Shown here: one piece after another, positions 58,739-64,000 of the stretch
Position numbering within the stretch: the first letter of the stretch is position 1
Layout: each line of letters begins with the position of its first letter
Assembly: GCA_964453645.1 (NCBI GenBank)
Contig: CAYVRJ010000005.1
Coordinates: 2,808 to 66,807, forward strand
From: an uncultured Clostridia bacterium
GTDB taxonomy: Bacteria > Bacillota > Clostridia > Christensenellales > JAWKQI01
Length of the DNA: 64,000 bases
Direction of reading: 5' to 3'
Made by a program: the position numbers and the translations under genes
Notes under the pieces: generated by a model
Seen by the model: the letters and a program-made list of their open reading frames with translations, nothing else
Database searches by the model: none
What the model was told of the DNA's origin: nothing

Positions 58739-60505
58739 TTACTGTGCCGTTCCTTCGAACTTTTTCATAAACTCAGCGTTCTTCTTGGCAAACTTAATCT
58801 GCGCAAGCTGTGCCGTCTCCTCGTTGAGTAAGCCGTGCATACTGGGCGTCTCGAAAAACCGCTTGGGGAACTTCACCTTCTCCTGCTCAAAACCCATAGC
58901 CTTCTTAATCCGAAGCTTCGTTGCATAAATCCGCTCCGCAATCTCGGTGAGTTGCTCGTTGGTCATCTCAATGCCAATGGCGTGCATCGCCTCCAAAATA
59001 GTCGGTCGGTCGTATACCTTCCGGGCGAACAAACACATAACCAGCGAATTGGTCATACACCGCTCAACTTCCTCGGCAAACATTTTATCCACCAACACAT
59101 CCATATCCACTTGCTTCATAGACTGATCGATGGAATATCCGCCGTTACACAGGTGGGAGTGGCGTGCGCCGCAGGCCTGACCCAGCAGGGAACCGTACCC
59201 CGTGTGATAGCCCGTCATTTCGTTGCCACCAACCTGCATGGCAAATTCCACACCGCCGTATTTCTCCGAAGCGTGTTTCACGCCCTTTGCTAAATCGGCA
59301 TAGAACTCGTTCTCCTGCTTGGAAATGGCACGAATGGCCTTCCGGTAGTTGGCTGTATCCCCAAAGGTGAGGGGATATTTCACCTGCTCATCGGTGACAA
59401 ATCCACGCTTATACGCCTCTGTTGCCCAACCCAGCACCACGCCGGTGGACATGGCATCCATACCCGTCTCTTCCACTTCGTCGATGAGCTCTAAAATCTC
59501 CCGAGAGGTCTTTACCCCAATAAAGCTGCCCAGGGCAAAGATTAACTCGTAGTCGTATCCCACGCTGATCGATTCGTATTCGTAACCGTCGTTGTCGAAC
59601 TCACGCCTAAACTGCCCGATGTGGATACAACCCACGGGACAGGATGTGCACGCAACTTTGCGAATGAGGTTTTGCTGGGCAAACTTTTCACCCGAAATGT
59701 TCTCACCCTGCTCAAACACCGTCTGGCGTAAATTCTTGGTGGGCAGTGCACCCACGGCATTTAATGGCTCCACGTTGATGGGCGTGCCCAAATCGTGGTA
59801 TTTTTCCATGAGCTCGGTGTCGGTACACTTTTTATAGATATCCTGATACACTTTCCAATAGGTTTTAAAGTCCTTAATGGGAATGGAGTTGGTGCCAAAC
59901 ACCACAATGGCCTTTAATTTCTTTGCGCCAAGGCATGCCCCCAGCCCCAAGCGGCCGAAGTGGCGGTATGAATCCACGTTTACACAGGCATAGGTGCAGC
60001 CGTTTTCCCCCGCAGGGCCGATGCGCAAGATGGAGCGCTTGCCCGAACCCGATTCTCTCTCCCGGATGATGCGTCCGATAACCGTGGAGGGTAAGCCCCA
60101 AATGGCCCGTGCATCCTTAAAGGAAACGTCGTTGGACTTAATGGAGACATAGATGGGTTTCTTGGCCTTGCCGGTGATGACAATGGCGTCGTATCCCGAT
60201 TCCAGCATGGCAAAGGCCAGCCTTCCTCCGGCGTAACTCTCGCCCAGCTCCTTGGTGTGGGGGGAGTAGAACATAGCCACCGTTTTGGTGAGCACGGGAT
60301 AGACTGTGGACAGTGCGCCGATGGCAAAGACCACGGGTTGTTTGTCGTCCAGCGGGTCTAAGTCCGGGTGAAAGTTTTCTTCAAACAGCTTTGCCGCAAT
60401 ACCTACACCCCCCAGGTATTCCCGCAGATCCTCCCTTGTTTCCAAGCGAATCCGTTCGTTTGTTAAATCTAAATATAAAACACGGATAAAACTTTCGTTT
60501 ATCAT
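58739..60505 (-). CDS. aor: aldehyde:ferredoxin oxidoreductase (tungstopterin AOR family)
   Basis: 589 aa, N-terminal LYLDLT...YLGGVGIAAKLF, AOR-family domains. The ATG at 60505 overlaps the ferredoxin gene's stop (ATGA). Confidence 0.85.
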   Translation of the reverse strand: MINESFIRVLYLDLTNERIRLETREDLREYLGGVGIAAKLFEENFHPDLDPLDDKQPVVFAIGALSTVYPVLTKTVAMFYSPHTKELGESYAGGRLAFAMLESGYDAIVITGKAKKPIYVSIKSNDVSFKDARAIWGLPSTVIGRIIRERESGSGKRSILRIGPAGENGCTYACVNVDSYRHFGRLGLGACLGAKKLKAIVVFGTNSIPIKDFKTYWKVYQDIYKKCTDTELMEKYHDLGTPINVEPLNAVGALPTKNLRQTVFEQGENISGEKFAQQNLIRKVACTSCPVGCIHIGQFRREFDNDGYEYESISVGYDYELIFALGSFIGVKTSREILELIDEVEETGMDAMSTGVVLGWATEAYKRGFVTDEQVKYPLTFGDTANYRKAIRAISKQENEFYADLAKGVKHASEKYGGVEFAMQVGGNEMTGYHTGYGSLLGQACGARHSHLCNGGYSIDQSMKQVDMDVLVDKMFAEEVERCMTNSLVMCLFARKVYDRPTILEAMHAIGIEMTNEQLTEIAERIYATKLRIKKAMGFEQEKVKFPKRFFETPSMHGLLNEETAQLAQIKFAKKNAEFMKKFEGTAQ

Positions 60506-60912
60506 GATTTTTCCTCCATTCTCAGGCACTCGTGGGGGCAATACTGGGCGCACATGCCGCAGTGTTTGCAAATGATGGGGGTTTTTTCGTTTTCGTCGAA
60601 GTTCACCGCTCCCACGATACAAGCTTCGGCACACTTTCTGCACCCAATACACTTGTCCTTTTTGAACAGCACGCCACCGCCGTTGCGCTGCTTGAGCGCA
60701 CCTGTGGGGCAAACTTCCGCACACGCCCGCTCGTCGTTGCAGGCATGGCACACGATGGCAACGTAGTTGGACTCCATCCCCCCTGCTGTGCGCACCTTAA
60801 TGGCGCTCTTGTAGGTGGAGTGTTCCTTTTTGTTCACCGCAGCACAAACAAACATACAGGTGAAGCACCCAATACATTTGGTCATTCCGTCGGCACGGAG
60901 ATTTTTTGGCAT
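60502..60912 (-). CDS. 4Fe-4S ferredoxin-domain protein, electron-transfer partner of AOR
   Basis: Four Cys clusters: CIGCFTCMFVC, CHACNDERACAEVCP, CIGCRKCAEAC, CKHCGMCAQYCP. Confidence 0.85.
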   Translation of the reverse strand: MPKNLRADGMTKCIGCFTCMFVCAAVNKKEHSTYKSAIKVRTAGGMESNYVAIVCHACNDERACAEVCPTGALKQRNGGGVLFKKDKCIGCRKCAEACIVGAVNFDENEKTPIICKHCGMCAQYCPHECLRMEEKS

Positions 60913-61060
60913 AGTACACCTCTTTATGTATTGTGAATTTTATAACAATCTCATTCTATATTTATATATTAAAATCGTTAAAATGTCAAGATTAATTAGC
61001 GTTTTATGAAAATATTTCACACTCTTTCGCAAAACTTTCACATAAACTTTAATCATTTAA

Positions 61061-61287
61061 GGGGACTACTCGTCCCCTTTTTTTTCAGGGGCTACTCGTC
61101 CCCTTCTTTTTTCAGGGGCTACTCGCCCCCGAACCCCTAGGCAGGGACTGAGTCCCTGCACCCCTTATATGGGGGTAATATATTAACAAATTAGCAAAGC
61201 GATAACTTTGCGTCAAAAAGTTTTTGGGGTTTCCAAAGGGGATTTTTTTCAAAAAGCCCCCTAAACGGGGTTTGGGGTGGAACCCCA
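61061..61287. repeat. mosaic hairpin-module element, locus H (inverted orientation, triplicated M2)
   Basis: GGGGACTACTCGTCCCC, GGGGCTACTCGTCCCC and GGGGCTACTCGCCCCC at 27-bp spacing. Then reverse-complement M1, M5 and M4, then TTGGGGTGGAACCCCAA. Confidence 0.9.
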
Positions 61288-61301
61288 ATAAAAATAAACC
61301 C

Positions 61302-62105
61302 CTACTTCCCCGCAGCTCTCTTCACCATCTCAGCATGTTCCTCGTCGGGTAAATCCAGCACATGGGAGAGGGACCCGGTAAAATATAAACACGTCTGGGC
61401 ATTTTGTTCCCCGTGCAGCCAGCCAAACAAAGAACCAGCATACACCACATCCTTAATCTTAGCCAACACCGCACGCTTCTCAAAATTCCGCTTGCCCCCA
61501 AATGCCTTTTCAAAATTCGTCTTGTCCGTATCACTCTTGGGCGTGACTTCCCCATGGTTTTGTCCACCTAAAAACTTCATGTCAAATTGAATGTTCGAGT
61601 TTAGATCCGTAATTTCAATGATGTCCCCGCTCTTTAAAGAGGGCAGTACATCCTCAAACCAATCCCCCGCCTCACCATAGGCCGCAGGTTTACCCTTGGC
61701 TGCAGGCCCCGAGGTGTTGGTTAGGTTGGGTGCAATCTTTGCCCGCACTAAGCCGTTTTCAAAAAGTTTGTTAAAGGAGGTCTCCCCAATCGTACCGTCG
61801 ATGGTGAGGGAATTGTTGGTTTGAAAGGCAATCACCGCATCCCGAGACATTTGGCCAAACTGCCCCGTGGCCCGATAACACAAATACCCAAGCTCACTCA
61901 AGCGAATCTGCACTCGGGCAACTTCTCCCCCCGCACTTTGCAGACGAATCACTTGAAAAACCTCTTCCTCGTCTGTTGGGTCATCACCAGGTGTTTCAGG
62001 GGTCGTCGTGGCTGCCGGGTCGTCGGGTGCTGCAAAGACAGTAACCGTGAACATGGTCAAACACAGCAATAAAGTGATGAAGATTTTAATAAACGAAGCC
62101 TTCAT
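61302..62105 (-). CDS. secreted protein with PG_binding_1 peptidoglycan-binding domain
   Basis: Signal peptide, Pro/Asp/Thr linker, VQIRLSELGY...RDAVIAFQTNNSLTIDGTIG motif. Confidence 0.7.
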   Translation of the reverse strand: MKASFIKIFITLLLCLTMFTVTVFAAPDDPAATTTPETPGDDPTDEEEVFQVIRLQSAGGEVARVQIRLSELGYLCYRATGQFGQMSRDAVIAFQTNNSLTIDGTIGETSFNKLFENGLVRAKIAPNLTNTSGPAAKGKPAAYGEAGDWFEDVLPSLKSGDIIEITDLNSNIQFDMKFLGGQNHGEVTPKSDTDKTNFEKAFGGKRNFEKRAVLAKIKDVVYAGSLFGWLHGEQNAQTCLYFTGSLSHVLDLPDEEHAEMVKRAAGK

Positions 62106-62308
62106 TCTTCCTCCACAATAAATAACTCGTCCGGCGTGATGTTGAGGGCCTTACACAGCTTCTCAATGGTGGATAGCCGAACTGCAATTTTTCGGTCTGA
62201 AACCAGTATGTTCAGTTTGTCCATTTCCAAACCTGTCAATTCGTGCAGTACATTTAGCCCCATGCCCCGCTCCTGCAAGAGATTCGTTAAATTCAATTTT
62301 ACACTCAT
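62102..62308 (-). CDS. small YozG-like HTH regulator
   Basis: 68 aa, LNVLHELTGLEMDKLNILVSDR...LCKALNITPDELF. Downstream of a DUF2975-type membrane protein, a common pairing. Confidence 0.75.
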   Translation of the reverse strand: MSVKLNLTNLLQERGMGLNVLHELTGLEMDKLNILVSDRKIAVRLSTIEKLCKALNITPDELFIVEEE

Positions 62309-62310
62309 GT

Positions 62311-62775
62311 TTAAATCACCAAACTGTTTTGCTCGTCTAGGTCCGTCCCCACCTTCATCACTTTAGAGAAGATGCGGCTAATGGCAAAGGTACTCAGGGA
62401 AAATAGTGAAAAGATTAGTGTTGTGACTGAAAAGTCAACTAAACATTTTGCAGCTAATAAAATTGCAAGTCCCAGCGCTAGCAGGGAGATGCGTTTTAAA
62501 TGTATAGCGTTGGCAGGGGCAAAATATTTGCCGTCCTTAAAGAGAATAAATACTTTGCGAAGTTCGTTGAGGGCCAGCCAAACGGTGATAAACCCCGCTT
62601 CCAATCCAATGAGGGACAGGGTGTACAAATTGCCGAAGTAAAAAATATTAAATACCGAACTGGGCACCATGCGAAATATAAATGGCGTAGCAATGATGAC
62701 AAAGATGCCAAGAAGTAAAACGACTCCGATTATGTGTACACAGGCTGACGTAAAAGACTTCAACTCACTCTCCAA
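62311..62775 (-). CDS. DUF2975-like 4-TM membrane protein
   Basis: 154 aa with four TM segments. The pairing with a YozG-like HTH supports the call. Confidence 0.6.
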   Translation of the reverse strand: MESELKSFTSACVHIIGVVLLLGIFVIIATPFIFRMVPSSVFNIFYFGNLYTLSLIGLEAGFITVWLALNELRKVFILFKDGKYFAPANAIHLKRISLLALGLAILLAAKCLVDFSVTTLIFSLFSLSTFAISRIFSKVMKVGTDLDEQNSLVI

Positions 62776-63181
62776 TGATTTTAATTAATACTTTTTTGGT
62801 GCGCTTGCCGTCGAACTCGGCATAGAAAATTTGTTCCCACGTGCCGAAGTCCAGGGCACCCTCGGTGATGGCCACCACCACTTCTCGGCCCATGACACTG
62901 CGCTTTAGGTGCGCGTCTGCGTTGTCCTCAAAGCCGTTGTGGGCGTATTGGGCGTGGGGCTTTTCGGGCGCAAGCTTTTCCAGCCACTTTTCCAGATCGG
63001 CGTGTAACCCCGACTCGTCGTCGTTGATAAACACCGAAGCAGTGATATTCATGGCGTTCACCAACACAAGCCCTTCCCTCACACCGCTTGCCCGAAGGGC
63101 CTCCATCACTTTAGGCGTAATGTTCACAAATGCACGGCGGTGGGGAACGTTAAATTCAAGAACTAAGCGATAACTCTTCAT
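62765..63181 (-). CDS. YjbQ/UPF0047 family protein (secondary thiamine-phosphate synthase family)
   Basis: 138 aa, VNITPKV...[22 protein letters not shown]...NADAHLK...GTWQ. Confidence 0.8.
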   Translation of the reverse strand: MKSYRLVLEFNVPHRRAFVNITPKVMEALRASGVREGLVLVNAMNITASVFINDDESGLHADLEKWLEKLAPEKPHAQYAHNGFEDNADAHLKRSVMGREVVVAITEGALDFGTWEQIFYAEFDGKRTKKVLIKIIGE

Positions 63182-63528
63182 TTGGATTTCCTTTCCGCTT
63201 CCGCTTTTGCCAGACGCATTTTTTGCTCTGCAAACAACAGATTCGATATCGCCATGATATTTGAAATATCTTGATCATCCAGAGCATTCACGTCTCCGGG
63301 ATCGTTTTTAAGGGTGTTATTCGCCCTGTTGGGATCTTCGTTAATGGCAAAGTTTAAGAGATCCATAATGCTTAAATCCAAACCACCTGCAATCGCACTC
63401 AGCGTTTCAAACGTCGGACTTTTTTTGCCCGCTTCGATGTAGGACAGGGTGGATTGTGCAACCTGCGCCTTCTCAGCCAACGTTTGTTGACTCATCTTTT
63501 TGAGCTCGCGAAGATGCTTTACCGACAT
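63178..63528 (-). CDS. XRE family HTH regulator
   Basis: [45 protein letters not shown]. Confidence 0.8.
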   Translation of the reverse strand: MSVKHLRELKKMSQQTLAEKAQVAQSTLSYIEAGKKSPTFETLSAIAGGLDLSIMDLLNFAINEDPNRANNTLKNDPGDVNALDDQDISNIMAISNLLFAEQKMRLAKAEAERKSK

Positions 63529-63694
63529 GCCAATGTTTAAGTTATTAATAAGTATGCCCCCTCTCTGTATTGACTCGTATCCTAGTTAATTATACCATGC
63601 AAATATTCGCAAGGACAATCAAAATAGTGATTGACTAACACTTCTTTTAGTAGTAAAATACTAGCATACAGTGATAATTGTGAGGAAATACCAC

Positions 63695-63868
63695 ATGAAA
63701 CCGCAAAATAACCCAGAATGTGCCTTGTGCGGTTCCCTCATCTTTCACGGGGACAGGGTGTATACCGTGGGGGAGGGGGCGTATGTGCACGAGGAGTGCA
63801 TCACCGATTATATTTACTTCAATTTAAGGGAATTCAACTTGTATTTACACATCTTTGAAGAAGGGTAA
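63695..63868 (+). CDS. small Cys-containing hypothetical protein
   Basis: 57 aa from the ATG at 63695, CALCG...HEEC. A TTGACT-17-TAAAAT promoter-like sequence lies upstream. Confidence 0.4.
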   Translation: MKPQNNPECALCGSLIFHGDRVYTVGEGAYVHEECITDYIYFNLREFNLYLHIFEEG

Positions 63869-63940
63869 TCAAAGAAGGAAATTTAAAATTCCACCCTTGG
63901 AGTTTTAATGATGAAATAAAATATGAGGAGAATGATACAA

Positions 63941-64000
63941 ATGGAAAAGAATTTCAAGAAAGAGTATGCTTTATTTTTATTAAAAAACCTTTCCCATCTC
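63941..64000 (+). CDS. 5' end of an unidentified gene running off the window
   Basis: ATG lies 10 nt after GAGGAG. The frame is open for 20 codons to the window edge (MEKNFKKEYALFLLKNLSHL). Confidence 0.3.
   Translation, partial: MEKNFKKEYALFLLKNLSHL

Noticed and set aside
60506-60751. The 82-codon N-terminal extension of the AOR ORF (MPCLQRRAG...).
   Set aside because: It overlaps the 4Fe-4S ferredoxin gene in another frame and is Arg/Pro-rich. The ATG at 60505 gives the canonical AOR N-terminus and an ATGA overlap with the ferredoxin stop.

Overview
A 64-kb chromosomal segment that looks like a spore-forming, strictly anaerobic Firmicute (Clostridia-like). Supporting content: yabP/yabQ and yqfC/yqfD sporulation genes, hydE/hydG [FeFe]-hydrogenase maturases, PFOR, aldehyde:ferredoxin oxidoreductase, PPDK and rubrerythrin. 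Most of the window is conserved core genome: a tRNA-Leu/Gly/Lys cluster; gap; pgsA-valS-folC; the yqfC-yqfD-phoH-pgpH-ybeY-dgkA-era-recO block; ppdK; rpsU; rpmG-secE-nusG-rplKAJL; a dnaD-like/dnaI-like pair; radC; and a kinase/PHP/SDR/MDR/phosphomutase sugar-polyol operon. rpsU (57 aa) and rpmG (49 aa) are real genes missing from the 60-aa ORF track. Three things are not explained by ordinary gene annotation. (1) A family of short GC-rich hairpin modules is assembled in a conserved order into about 150-210 bp mosaics. It occupies eight intergenic sites, including the rplA-rplJ and yqfD-phoH junctions. (2) Two paralogous candidate type I toxin-antitoxin-like cassettes flank a C69 peptidase gene. 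Each has a 24- or 29-aa hydrophobic peptide gene, a convergent approx 90-nt RNA driven by a perfect TTGACA-17-TATAAT promoter, and a shared sequence box at both transcript 5' ends. (3) A 91-bp direct duplication covers the tRNA-Lys 3' end plus its terminator, next to an AT-rich hicAB/XRE islet. Smaller points: a GGGtGRT/NifU-like pair of unknown function, a DgkA-PAP2 fusion, duplicated L1-site-like motifs before rplK and rplA, and an rplJ leader attenuator. All calls come from reading the sequence and translations by eye. No database search or folding program was run.
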